DNA of 50,526 nt, from contig CALUHR010000014.1 in the NCBI GenBank assembly GCA_944320495.1, positions 1-50,526 on the forward strand. The letters are read 5' to 3'. Made by a program: the position numbers and the translations under genes. Below the pieces are notes generated by a model. The model saw only the letters and a program-made list of their open reading frames with translations. It had not been told where the DNA came from and did no database searches. This document shows, piece after piece, positions 10,435 through 20,291 of this stretch. Numbering within the stretch: the first letter of the stretch is position 1; each line of letters opens with the position of its first letter. Origin of the DNA: Candidatus Methanomethylophilaceae archaeon. GTDB taxonomy: Archaea > Thermoplasmatota > Thermoplasmata > Methanomassiliicoccales > Methanomethylophilaceae.

Positions 10435-13400
10435 TCATGCCATCGACACCTCCGCGCGGAAGAGCCAGAGGTCGTAGGACATCCCCTCCCTGACGGACAG
10501 GCGCGGTATCGCGTCCACGACGGCCGCGGGGCAGTCCCTCGCCATTATGCCGAAGTCGACCCCGGGGTCCCCGGTGTCGGACCCGACGATGCGGGTGAGG
10601 GATGCCAGGTTCGCGCGGAAGACCACGCACAGGTCCATCTGCGGGAGGTCAATTCCCAGGTCCTCCGCCCCTCTCGACAGCAGCCTGGGGAACCCGACCC
10701 CCGCGTGGAAGGTCACCTGGAGGTCGATGTTCTCCGTGAACATGCCCAGGGGGTCCACGCTGTACGGGCTCCTGGTACCCAGGACTATGGACTGGACCTG
10801 ACCGGAGATGTACCTCAGACAGTCCCTGACCAGGTCCCCGTCTGTGCGGAGGGCCACCTCGATCCCGGCGGTGACCGTCGACGTGGCGTCCCTCACATCC
10901 ACCTTCGCGTAGACGGAGGCCTCGATGAGCTTCGCGGAGACGGTGTCGATGAGGTCCTCGACCGAGTACCTCACCAGGTACTGGACGAAGTCCGCCAGGG
11001 AGTCCAGGTCGGTGATGCTGCCTATGCGGTTGAAGGACTTCTGGACCCCCTCCCACACCGCGTGCCTCATCTCCTCGGGCGTGAGGATCTTGACCGGCCC
11101 CTCGTTGGACCTGCCCATGGTGCCCTCGGCGAGCACCCACTTGGTGGAGCCGTCGGACTCCCTCTGCCAGGTCATCCCGTCGTTGGCACCGTCGGCCCTG
11201 ACCGCGAGCTCGTCGACGGCGGTGCCCTCCGGGTCGAGGAGGGTCAGCGTCCTGCCGGAGGTGTTCACCAGTGTGAACGTCGGCTTGACCACGAGGAACT
11301 CCCCCGGCGAGAGGTCGCCCGAGAGGTCCATGACGCTCGCCTTGGACCTGGTCCCGTAGCTCAGCGAGTATCCCGTGAGGTCGATGGTCGACCCGGTGTT
11401 GTTCAGCAGCTCGACCCACTCGTTGCCCCTGTCGGTGCCCTCGGGGTTGGTCTCCACCTCGTTGACGATCAGCCCCTGGACGTTCGCGCTCCCGAACCTG
11501 ACGCTGACGCCGACGTCCAGACCGACGTTGACGCCGAGCATGGGGATGGGGATGTTGTCGATGATCTCGCCGAGTCCGGGGATGTCGCTGAGCGCGAACC
11601 CCGTCTCGTGGTACTCGTCCAGCTTCGGGGCGACGAGGGACACGGAGTCCTCCCCGACCCTCCCGTCGACGGTGAGCATGTACTTCCCGCCCTTCATCAG
11701 CGGGTCGAAGGTCCCGTCCACGTCCCAGTCCCCGTCGGCGTCCTCCAGGCCGCCGAATCCGGTGACCACGAGGTTCTCGGCGCTCAGGTCCCCGCGCACC
11801 TTGGCCACGATCCCGGCGGTGACGACGACGCCGCCCACGGGGACGGCGAGGGTCACCTCCAGGAGGGTCTTCGTGTTCGCCGCCCACGTCACGGCATCGG
11901 TCGCGATGGTGAGGGTGCATCCGAAGAAGTCCAGCTGGAGCATCTGGGTGCCGAGGTCGATCCGCACCAGGAAGTCGAACACGGCCTCCTCGACGAGGGT
12001 GTCCAGCAGCTCGCCCAGGGCGCCCAGCGGGTCCATGAGGACGTTGTACAGCCTCAGGAGGTTCTCCGCCAGGAACCCTGCCACGTCGGTGACGGTCTCG
12101 CCGAGGGCCACGAGCACCCCGCGCATCGCCTCCAGCACCTGGCGGAGGGGCTCCACGATCGGGCCGAGGGCGTCGAGCACGAGCTCCCACAGGTCGGTGA
12201 GCGCGGTGCAGCTCGGCTGGTACGTCAGACCGGCGAGGGCCCACCCCGACGCCGCCGTGACCTCGATGGTCGCGTCGATCGCGAACCATCCGGAGTAGAC
12301 CGAGGATCCGGACCCCATCGCGGACGAGAGAGAGCCGGTCCCGACGATGTCGTAGGACACGGTCCCCTGGACGGTGGCCACGAAGGTGGTGGAGTAGGCG
12401 GCGCTGGGGTTCTCGCGGAAGCCGACGGTGTGGACGCACCTGTCGCCGTCGATGGACACGTCCACGATCCCGGGGGCGAACGAGACGTCGGCGGAGAGCC
12501 TCTCGACCGTGACGCCGCCGTCGCCGCCGACGAGCTCGAACCCCTCCCCTCCGGGGAGGTCGAACACCCCTCCGTAGGGGTTGGTGTCGCTGATCGCCAG
12601 CGCCTCGGCGACCATGTTGGACGCGTTCCTCTCCGCCGGGGACAGCATGTCGACCAGGGCCAGGCCGTAGGAGCAGATCCAGGTGGCGGCGGTCTTCAGG
12701 ATGCTCCCGTCACCGTCCTCCACCTCCCTCAGCGGGTCGAAGACCCCCAGGTCGGACTGGACGGACGCGGAGTAGGAGCTCAGGGCGGAGGACACGGCCC
12801 GGGAGGACATGATCGCCCCCAGGTCGGGGGCCTCGTACTGCTCGCCGGACTCCTCCGCCTCCCTCTCCCTCTCGGCTATGGCGGAGGCGAAGGCCGACTG
12901 AATGCGCGCGCGGAGCTCGTCCGAGAGCACCATGTCCGACGCGTGGGACTGGATCTCGTCGGCCAGGGCGCCGTAGAACTCATCGTACACCTCCGAGTCC
13001 CCGAGGGAGGACCCCAGGCACTCGCCCACGCCCTCCATGCACCCCTCTGTCCTCCCCAGGAACTCGCGGGACAGCTGCTCCAGGAACCCCTCGCCGTCGG
13101 ACGGGTCCACGCGGACCTCGATGACGCCAAGGTCCTTGCGGTCGGCGAGCATCGCCGCTGCTTCGTTGACCACCCCGTTGAAGAAGTCGCGGACGTAGTC
13201 GTCCTCCCTGTCGTACCTCTCCCTGAAGTCCTTCAGCCAGGGCTGGTCCAGGACGTCCGCCGTCGGGTTGGTCACGGTGACCGTGATTCCGCCGGCGGTG
13301 ACTGTCGTCGTGCCGGACCCGGGGTACCTGTAGCCGCTCTCCGGGACCCCGTTGGACTCCATGAACCTCTCCAGGTACGGCACGCCGCTGACCGTCTCCT

Positions 13401-14412
13401 CGCCCCTGATGAACGCCCCGAGGGATTCCAGGGCCTCGCTGAAGGGGTCCAGTATCCTGTCCAGTCCCTCCAGGAGCTCGTAGCCGTACAGGTAGTCCAT
13501 CCATCTCAGCGCGATGTCGTCCGCCGCGGACGCCAGCGCCTGGGCGTAGACGGCGGAGAGGTCTATCCTCACCGTGCCGTCGTCCGAGGCGAGGACGTCG
13601 GCGAGGTCAATCCTCCTCTCGGAGGAGAGGTCGCCGTCGCGGAAGCACATCGCGGCGATCGCCTCCATCGACTGGGACAGAGCCGCGGAGACGTCCTCAG
13701 CGGTGAGGATCCCGTGCGTCCCCATCTCGCCGTAGGCGGACCGGGAGCCGTAGCCGTTCAGGATCCTGCACTCGGCGAGGGCCTGGAGCTGGTACTCGAT
13801 CATCTGCGACAGCGATATCCCGCCGCCCCCGGCCATGGACTCGAAGAGGGAGGCCCTCTCCACGGCCAGCGGGAGGTCGTAGCTCCCGTCGGTGTCCACC
13901 TCGATCTCGGTCTCCGCCCTGCCGGACTGGGACTCCACAACCACTGAGATGGTGCCCTTCCCGCGTAGGTAGGCGGGGGTGTAGCCGTCCATGCCCAGGT
14001 CCGAGCCCACCGTCACTGGGTCCGCGGCCAGCTCCACTGAGTGGCCCACGTACGTGGCGACCGCCCCGCCGCTCCTGATCGGGAACTGGTAGGCGATCCA
14101 TTCCTCGGCCATGGTGCGGAAGGCGTCGGCGCGTCTCTCCAGCTCGCTCCTCTCCCCGTCCTCCGTGACGCCGAGCTCCTCGGCGCTGTGCAGGGACACC
14201 TCCCTGACCTTCTCGCCCAGGCCTCTGTTCACGTACGACGTGATGTCGGAGAGGGCGTCGTCCACGGCGTCCACGTCGTCCGCCACGCCCCCGGCGTTGT
14301 CCGCGGAGCGTTCGTACCCCGCCATGACCGCGCCTGCGGCCACGGACACGAGCAGTATCGTGACCGCGACCACGGCGAAGGGCATGCTCCCGCGAGTGTC
14401 GTTCATCCTCAT
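10435..14412 (-). CDS. Large membrane-anchored protein with a lamin-tail domain and an archaeal class III-like signal peptide
   Basis: N-terminal RGSMPFAVVAVTILLVSV; LTD motif LIVNEVETNPEG.D...EWVELLN....IDL.GY; 1325 aa with host-like codon usage. Confidence 0.75.
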   Translation of the reverse strand: MRMNDTRGSMPFAVVAVTILLVSVAAGAVMAGYERSADNAGGVADDVDAVDDALSDITSYVNRGLGEKVREVSLHSAEELGVTEDGERSELERRADAFRTMAEEWIAYQFPIRSGGAVATYVGHSVELAADPVTVGSDLGMDGYTPAYLRGKGTISVVVESQSGRAETEIEVDTDGSYDLPLAVERASLFESMAGGGGISLSQMIEYQLQALAECRILNGYGSRSAYGEMGTHGILTAEDVSAALSQSMEAIAAMCFRDGDLSSERRIDLADVLASDDGTVRIDLSAVYAQALASAADDIALRWMDYLYGYELLEGLDRILDPFSEALESLGAFIRGEETVSGVPYLERFMESNGVPESGYRYPGSGTTTVTAGGITVTVTNPTADVLDQPWLKDFRERYDREDDYVRDFFNGVVNEAAAMLADRKDLGVIEVRVDPSDGEGFLEQLSREFLGRTEGCMEGVGECLGSSLGDSEVYDEFYGALADEIQSHASDMVLSDELRARIQSAFASAIAEREREAEESGEQYEAPDLGAIMSSRAVSSALSSYSASVQSDLGVFDPLREVEDGDGSILKTAATWICSYGLALVDMLSPAERNASNMVAEALAISDTNPYGGVFDLPGGEGFELVGGDGGVTVERLSADVSFAPGIVDVSIDGDRCVHTVGFRENPSAAYSTTFVATVQGTVSYDIVGTGSLSSAMGSGSSVYSGWFAIDATIEVTAASGWALAGLTYQPSCTALTDLWELVLDALGPIVEPLRQVLEAMRGVLVALGETVTDVAGFLAENLLRLYNVLMDPLGALGELLDTLVEEAVFDFLVRIDLGTQMLQLDFFGCTLTIATDAVTWAANTKTLLEVTLAVPVGGVVVTAGIVAKVRGDLSAENLVVTGFGGLEDADGDWDVDGTFDPLMKGGKYMLTVDGRVGEDSVSLVAPKLDEYHETGFALSDIPGLGEIIDNIPIPMLGVNVGLDVGVSVRFGSANVQGLIVNEVETNPEGTDRGNEWVELLNNTGSTIDLTGYSLSYGTRSKASVMDLSGDLSPGEFLVVKPTFTLVNTSGRTLTLLDPEGTAVDELAVRADGANDGMTWQRESDGSTKWVLAEGTMGRSNEGPVKILTPEEMRHAVWEGVQKSFNRIGSITDLDSLADFVQYLVRYSVEDLIDTVSAKLIEASVYAKVDVRDATSTVTAGIEVALRTDGDLVRDCLRYISGQVQSIVLGTRSPYSVDPLGMFTENIDLQVTFHAGVGFPRLLSRGAEDLGIDLPQMDLCVVFRANLASLTRIVGSDTGDPGVDFGIMARDCPAAVVDAIPRLSVREGMSYDLWLFRAEVSMA

Positions 14413-14633
14413 GCCCGGAGGCTCGCGCCGGGGACGGATAAAGGGCGAGCGTCAGTGCAAGTATTAATGAGCATTATTAGATATGTAAAACAAGAACGAT
14501 CGGGACGTCTGGCGCCCATCAGAAGGCATCGGAGTCGTCAGCCGTCCCTGCCTGGCATGTGCCAGCGGTTCGGGCGGTCTCGCGGCGGCCGAGTCCTTCT
14601 TTTTATAGCAGTAAAACGTCGGGACCTTCCGTT

Positions 14634-16280
14634 ATGACTGCAACCTCGAAGGACTACGCGCTGAAGAGGGGCCTTCCCAAGAAGACCCGCTCTATCTGTC
14701 CCGAGTGCGGGAAGCTCATCGAAGCCGACATCTACGCCAAAGACGGCAAGGTCTGGATGGACAAGACCTGCCCCGAGCACGGCAAGTTCTCCGACCTCTA
14801 TTGGGGCGACGAGCAGCTGTACCTGAAGGCGGAGAAGTACGCCTACGACGGCATCGGCCTCCACAACGCCATGGACAGGACCATCGGCGACGACCCGGAC
14901 GACACCGTCCACATCATGATCGACGGGCAGAGGATCGACATGCTCTCCTGCTCCGCCATCGCCAATCTCGACCTGACCAACAGGTGCAACATGAAATGCC
15001 CGATCTGCTTCGCCAATGCGAACGATGCGGGATACGTGTACGAGCCTTCCTTCGAGCAGGTCCACGACATGCTCGTGGCCCTCCGCTCCGAGCAGCCGAT
15101 CAAATGCACGGCCATCCAGTTCGCCGGAGGCGAGCCCACCGTGTACCCCCAGTTCGTGGAGGCCGTCGCCGACGCCAAGAAGCTCGGCTTCGCCCAGGTC
15201 CAGGTGGCCACCAACGGTATCAAGTTCGCCAACAGCTACCAGTTCCTGAAGGACTCCAAACTGGCCGGCCTGAACACCATCTACCTCCAGTTCGACGGTC
15301 TCACCGACGACGTCTACATCAGGTCCAGGGGAAGGAAGATGATGCGCGTCAAGCTGGGCGTCCTGGAGAACTGCAGGAAGCTCAACGAGGAGGGGATCAA
15401 GCCCCCGTCCGTCGTGCTCGTTCCCGTCGTGGGCAAGGGCATGAACGACGACATCGTTGGAGACATCGTCAAGTTCGCCTTCGAGAACGCCGACATCGTC
15501 CGCGGTGTCAACTTCCAGCCCATCTCCTTCACGGGGAGGGTCACCGAGGAGGAGCGCACCACCGGCAGGTTCACCCTGCCCGACCTCGTCCGCTGCGTCA
15601 GCGAGCAGACCGGCTACACCACCGCCGACGACTGGTACCCGGTCCCCGTGGTCGCGCCCATCTCCAAGTTCGCCTCCATCATCCTCGGGCAGAACAAGGT
15701 CACCTTCACCACTCATCCGCACTGCGGAATCGCGACCTACCTGTTCCAGGACGACAAGGGCAACGTCACCCCGTTCCCCAGGTTCGTGGACATCACCAGG
15801 TTTTCCGCAGGGCTCAACGAGATCGCCGACAAGGCCGAGAACTCCAGGTTCAAGAAGATGTACGTCGCCAAGCTGATCAAGCTCCTGAACAGCTGCGTCG
15901 ACGAGTCCAAGATGCCCGAGGGCCTCACCAAGATGAAGTTCGTCGAGCTCATCAAGGACGTCATGTCCGACAAGTCCAAGGACACCCTCGCGGCGTTCTC
16001 GTGGAAGATGATGCTCGTCGCGGGCATGCACTTCCAGGACAACTACAACTACGACGTGGAGAGGGTCAGGAGGTGCGGAGTGCACTATGTCACCCCCGAC
16101 CTCCGCGTCATCCCCTTCTGCGCCTACAACACCGGACCCGAGTACAGGGTCGAGGTCGAGAAGAAGTTCTCCGTGCCCCTCGAGGAGTGGAAGAAGTCCC
16201 ACGCCAAGGAGGCCGAGGAGCTCGCGGCCTCCCTCATCGTCCCGATCGAGGACAGGGCCGACGAACCCGCCAAGGAGTGA
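14634..16280 (+). CDS. tes: Tetraether lipid synthase (Tes/GDGT-MAS; MJ0619-like radical SAM)
   Basis: N-terminal SICPEC...KTCPEHG, radical SAM CNMKCPIC, QFAGGEPT, NFQPISFTGR and C-terminal RRCGVHY...IPFCAYN. TTTATA at 14602 supports ATG 14634. Confidence 0.88.
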   Translation: MTATSKDYALKRGLPKKTRSICPECGKLIEADIYAKDGKVWMDKTCPEHGKFSDLYWGDEQLYLKAEKYAYDGIGLHNAMDRTIGDDPDDTVHIMIDGQRIDMLSCSAIANLDLTNRCNMKCPICFANANDAGYVYEPSFEQVHDMLVALRSEQPIKCTAIQFAGGEPTVYPQFVEAVADAKKLGFAQVQVATNGIKFANSYQFLKDSKLAGLNTIYLQFDGLTDDVYIRSRGRKMMRVKLGVLENCRKLNEEGIKPPSVVLVPVVGKGMNDDIVGDIVKFAFENADIVRGVNFQPISFTGRVTEEERTTGRFTLPDLVRCVSEQTGYTTADDWYPVPVVAPISKFASIILGQNKVTFTTHPHCGIATYLFQDDKGNVTPFPRFVDITRFSAGLNEIADKAENSRFKKMYVAKLIKLLNSCVDESKMPEGLTKMKFVELIKDVMSDKSKDTLAAFSWKMMLVAGMHFQDNYNYDVERVRRCGVHYVTPDLRVIPFCAYNTGPEYRVEVEKKFSVPLEEWKKSHAKEAEELAASLIVPIEDRADEPAKE

Positions 16281-16286
16281 ACCCCC

Positions 16287-16460
16287 ATGATAGTCGACGT
16301 CAACAGATGCCTGCACTGCGGAGGATGCGTGGGCTCCTGCCCCCAGAACGCCATCTTCCTGAACGATTTCGTGCTCGAGTTCAACGACGACTGCACCAGG
16401 TGCGGCCGCTGCGTGAAGCTCTGCCCGGTCAGCGCCCTGAGCCTGGAGGCGAAGGCATGA
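16287..16460 (+). CDS. 2x[4Fe-4S] ferredoxin (57 aa; not listed separately in the ORF track)
   Basis: CLHCGGCVGSCP and CTRCGRCVKLCP motifs; ATGA overlap with ggr. Confidence 0.92.
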   Translation: MIVDVNRCLHCGGCVGSCPQNAIFLNDFVLEFNDDCTRCGRCVKLCPVSALSLEAKA

Positions 16461-17647
16461 GGACCCTCCAGTGCGACGTGGTCGTCTGCGGCGCCGGTCC
16501 CGGCGGCAGCATGGCCGCCAGGTACTGCGCCGAGGGTGGTCTCGACACCATCCTGATCGAGAAGAAGGCCGAGATCGGCGCCCCCCTGAGGTGCGCCGAG
16601 GGAGTGTCCAAGAAGTGGCTCCAGGAGGTCGGCATCGAGCCCGACCCGTCCTGGATCCGCGGTGACATGAAGGGGGCCATCATCAAATCGCCCCAGGGCA
16701 CCACCTTCCAGCTGGACGAGTCCAAGGCCGGGGCCGAGGTCGGATACGTCCTGGAGAGGCACATCTTCGACAAGGCCCTCGCCAAGAAGGCCGCAGAGGC
16801 CGGCGCGAGGATCATGATGCGCACCTCCTGCACCGGCGTCATCCGCGAGGACGGCAAGCTCGTCGGGATCAAGGCCAGGAGCATGGGCGAGGAGATCGAG
16901 ATCCGCGCCAAGTGCGTGGTCGCCGCCGACGGTTACGAGAGCCAGGTCGGCAGGTGGGCCGGCATCGACACCAACCTGAGCCTGAGCGACATCGACTCCT
17001 GCATCCAGTACAGGATGTGCAACATCGACGTCGCTCCCGACTACTGCGAGTTCGTCATCGGATCCGTCGCTCCCGGAGGATACATCTGGATCTTCCCCAA
17101 GGGCAACGGCGTGGCCAACGTCGGCATCGGCGTCATGGGCAGGCTGTGCAAGGGCGACGGGGACGCCAAGCGCTACCTCGACGACTTCATCGCCAAGGAC
17201 CCCCGCTTCGCCAAGGGCCAGATCCTGGAGATCATGGGAGGGTTCGTGTCCACCTGCCCCGGACTGGACTGCTCCGTGGACGACAACATCATCCTCGTCG
17301 GAGACGCCGCGAGGATCATCGACCCGATCACCGGAGGAGGTATCGCCCACGCCTGCCGCACCGGCATGTACGCCGGGAAGGTCCTCACCGAGTGCGCCAA
17401 GACCGGCGACTTCTCCAAGAAGGCCCTCATGGCGTACGAGAAGATGTGGCGCGACAGGATGGAGGACAAGCTCTACAGGAACTTCATGGCCAAGGAGAAG
17501 CTCGCCACCCTGGACGACGAGACCATCGACGAGCTCATCAAGATGATCAAGACCGCCGACATCGGCGAGGTCAACGTCTACAACCTCCTCAAGGCCGTCA
17601 AGGAGAGGTTCCCCAAGGTCGTCGAGGGATTCGAGGACCTGATCTGA
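16457..17647 (+). CDS. ggr: Digeranylgeranylglycerophospholipid (geranylgeranyl) reductase
   Basis: DVVVCGAGPGG, RCAEG, LERHIFDK, AADG.ES, PGGYIWIFPKG and VGDAA..IDPITGGGI motifs; 396 aa. Confidence 0.93.
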   Translation: MRTLQCDVVVCGAGPGGSMAARYCAEGGLDTILIEKKAEIGAPLRCAEGVSKKWLQEVGIEPDPSWIRGDMKGAIIKSPQGTTFQLDESKAGAEVGYVLERHIFDKALAKKAAEAGARIMMRTSCTGVIREDGKLVGIKARSMGEEIEIRAKCVVAADGYESQVGRWAGIDTNLSLSDIDSCIQYRMCNIDVAPDYCEFVIGSVAPGGYIWIFPKGNGVANVGIGVMGRLCKGDGDAKRYLDDFIAKDPRFAKGQILEIMGGFVSTCPGLDCSVDDNIILVGDAARIIDPITGGGIAHACRTGMYAGKVLTECAKTGDFSKKALMAYEKMWRDRMEDKLYRNFMAKEKLATLDDETIDELIKMIKTADIGEVNVYNLLKAVKERFPKVVEGFEDLI

Positions 17648-17656
17648 AACGCTCAC

Positions 17657-17741
17657 GGGAGGGGTCGCACCCCTCCCCACCTTCTGTTCAATCGTCTGCG
17701 ACCCGATGCGGTCATCGCGGACCGCGGGGACCGCGGTCCGC
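17657..17741. terminator. Two hairpins between convergent genes (17657-17677 and 17717-17741)
   Basis: GGGAGGGG-tcgca-CCCCTCCC (8 bp) and GCGGACCGCGG-gga-CCGCGGTCCGC (11 bp). Confidence 0.5.
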
Positions 17742-17837
17742 CACGATTCATCCGGAACGTTCTCCGGGGGCCGTCGACGGACTTGGTCGCAGGACCCCGT
17801 GAATACGACGTCGTAGATGTTCCGAGATGATCGGAGG

Positions 17838-18812
17838 TCGCAGTTCCGGCACCGGTATGCGATGGAAGCCGAGCGTCTCCGTCCTTCCGGCGGCCGCGGC
17901 CACAAGTTCCGATATGTGCACCACCGGGAGGCCTCCCTCATAGGCGTCGTACTTCACATGGCACATGGGGCAGTCGACGACGATGACCTCCGCTCCGGAG
18001 CACTCCTCCTCGCGCATGGCCATCAGCTCCCCCGCGACAGGGGCGCTCTTGCCGCAGCAGCCCCACTCGCGGTTGACCACGCGGCAGTTCATCGCTTCGA
18101 GCACGGCCCTCATCTGCTTCGCCCTGGGGGCGGCGGAGCACCCGGGCTCCATCGCGACGGCGACCGTCCTCCCGAATCTGGGGAGGTCCCCGATCCTGGC
18201 GTCCAGGAACTGGATGAAGTCCACGGCCCCGTCGTCGACGGCGGAGAGCTCGTCGCTGCAGCCGGGGCATATGCACACTATGTCCCTGTCCCCCGCGCCC
18301 TCGCACATCTCCTTCTTGGCGTTGCGTCTCTCGTGACCGGTCATGCCGATGAACTGCACCGGGTGCAGACAGCACCCCTCGTCCGGAAGCGGGCACGGGC
18401 GCACCCCGACGGCGTCCATGGCGGCCGCCCCGGCGTGCTCCAGATAGGGAGCCTGGGCCCTGACCGTGCATCCCGACATGAGGCAGGCGTCCTGTCCCGT
18501 CCACTCGGGCTCGATCAAGCGGTCATCCGCGGGGGCGCGGGCGAAGCCCGTCTCCCTATAGGTGTCGGATACCGTCACCCCGCGTTCGATGGCGATGAGC
18601 ATCCTGATGACCGTGAATGGGTCGGACCTCCTGCAGATCTGCGAGCATGTGCCGCAGACGATGCACTGGTCCAGCCCCTCCTCCCCGCCGGCCATGATCT
18701 CCATGGGGTCGATCCCGCCGACGGCGCAGGACGGGCAGGCGGCGGTGCACCTGCCGCACAGTATGCACGTGCGCCTGATCCTGTCGATCTCCTGTGTAAG
18801 TGCGTGACTCAT
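17838..18812 (-). CDS. Fe-S protein with a 2x[4Fe-4S] domain and cysteine-rich CCG domains (HdrC/HdrB-like; 324 aa if CGA is a stop)
   Basis: CILCGRCTAACP, CIVCGTCSQIC, GCCLHP, CPGC, GCCG and DCPMC motifs. ATGA overlap with the mvk stop. Standard-code end is 17748. Confidence 0.8.
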
Positions 18813-19777
18813 CTCCTCAGCTCCGCGGTGGTGGGCGGGCGGAGCTCCATGCGGGCCCCCGCCCCACCGGTCCTGACTACGTACGGCGTCCCTCCGCGGG
18901 ACGCGATGGCCTGGCAGACCTTCTCCGGGCGGTCGGTGAGGGCCACCATGCACCCTCCCCCTCCGGACCCGGTGAGCTTCGCGCCGTAGGAGTACGGGAG
19001 CGAGGCGTTGACCAGGCGGTTCAGCTCGTCGCACGATACCCCGAGGATCGACAGCAGCTTGTGGTCGCGGGTCATGAGCCTTCCCAGCTCCTCCTTGTCC
19101 CCGCGCATGAGCGCCCTCCCTCCCTGGACCGTGAGCTCGGCGATGTCGTCGATGACCTCGCAGGCGAAGCGGCTGCGCTCCATGTACCTGTGGACCCTGT
19201 CCACCAACGGGCCGGTGGGGGCCCTGATGCCGGTGTTCCCGATGACGAAGGTCATCTCGGGGACCTCCAGGTCGCTGAAGCTCCAGTGTCTCTCGCCGCG
19301 GGAGACGTCCCACAGGTGCCTTCCGCGGGGCTCCGGCATGTTGACCGTTATCCCGCCTCCGTGCACGCAGGCCGAGGCGTCCATGGGACTGCCGTTGCCC
19401 TGGGCGTAGAACTCGGCGCCGTAGGCCTCGAGCATGACCTCCTCCTCGGTGAGGTGCCTGCCGTCCATAGCGGCTAGGGCCATGGCCATCGCGGCGCTGA
19501 GCGCCGCCGAGGACCCCATCCCCGATCCGACGGGGATGTCGCTGTGCGTCTCCACGTCGACGGCGTGCCTCAGGTCCCTGGTGAGGTACCTGAGGTGGGG
19601 CTGGCGCCTGAAGTCGAGCCTCTCGCCGTTCATGGTGTTCCATCTGGAGCGCCTGACGGCGACGGTCATCCTCAGGTCCGCGGCGAGGACTATCGCCGGC
19701 CTCCCGTAGACGACCGAGTGCTCCCCCAGGATGACGAACTTCCCGGGGGCGGATGCGGTGTACCAGTGGTCCCTCAT
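18809..19777 (-). CDS. mvk: Mevalonate kinase (GHMP kinase)
   Basis: SAPGKFVILGEHSVVYG.PAI, PVGSGMGSSAA, G.GSPMD and GAKLTGSGGGGC motifs. Confidence 0.9.
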   Translation of the reverse strand: MRDHWYTASAPGKFVILGEHSVVYGRPAIVLAADLRMTVAVRRSRWNTMNGERLDFRRQPHLRYLTRDLRHAVDVETHSDIPVGSGMGSSAALSAAMAMALAAMDGRHLTEEEVMLEAYGAEFYAQGNGSPMDASACVHGGGITVNMPEPRGRHLWDVSRGERHWSFSDLEVPEMTFVIGNTGIRAPTGPLVDRVHRYMERSRFACEVIDDIAELTVQGGRALMRGDKEELGRLMTRDHKLLSILGVSCDELNRLVNASLPYSYGAKLTGSGGGGCMVALTDRPEKVCQAIASRGGTPYVVRTGGAGARMELRPPTTAELRR

Positions 19778-20289
19778 TCCAGACCGTACCTTCTGACCTG
19801 CTCGGTGACGGCGTCGCTGGGGTTGCGGCCGTTGAGCCTGGGCTGGGGGATGCCCCACCAGGCGTCCTCCATGTCCGCGAGCCTCCTCTGGAAGTCCTCG
19901 TCGGACTCCCCCTCCTCCTGCTCGACCTCGGTGAGGGCCTTGGTCATCTCGCCGAAGAGGTCCACCTCGAAGTTGGTGTTCACCAGGCAGACGCCCAGGT
20001 ACCCGTCGATGGAGGCGGCGACCTCCTCGCGGGTGTCGGGGTCCAGGGACTCCATGACGATGTCGAGGACGCTGTTGGCGGTCATCTTGAAGATCATCGC
20101 GGGGCGGGCCTCGGCGGGTATGTCGGGGTCGTTCTCCACGGTGGCGATCATGTCCTTCAGGAACAGGTCCGCCATGGCGGAGGTCCTGTTGGGGTTCCTG
20201 CCGAAGGTCATCTCGAGGTGCTCCTTCTCGGGGTCCTCCTGTTCGTCTCCGCCGAAAAGCGCCGCGTTGGGGTCGAGCTCTCCTGACAT
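19774..20289 (-). CDS. Acidic hypothetical protein
   Basis: Host-like codon usage and translational coupling to mvk (ATGA). Start is ATG 20289 or TTG 20295. Confidence 0.75.
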   Translation of the reverse strand: MSGELDPNAALFGGDEQEDPEKEHLEMTFGRNPNRTSAMADLFLKDMIATVENDPDIPAEARPAMIFKMTANSVLDIVMESLDPDTREEVAASIDGYLGVCLVNTNFEVDLFGEMTKALTEVEQEEGESDEDFQRRLADMEDAWWGIPQPRLNGRNPSDAVTEQVRRYGLE

Positions 20290-20291
20290 GT

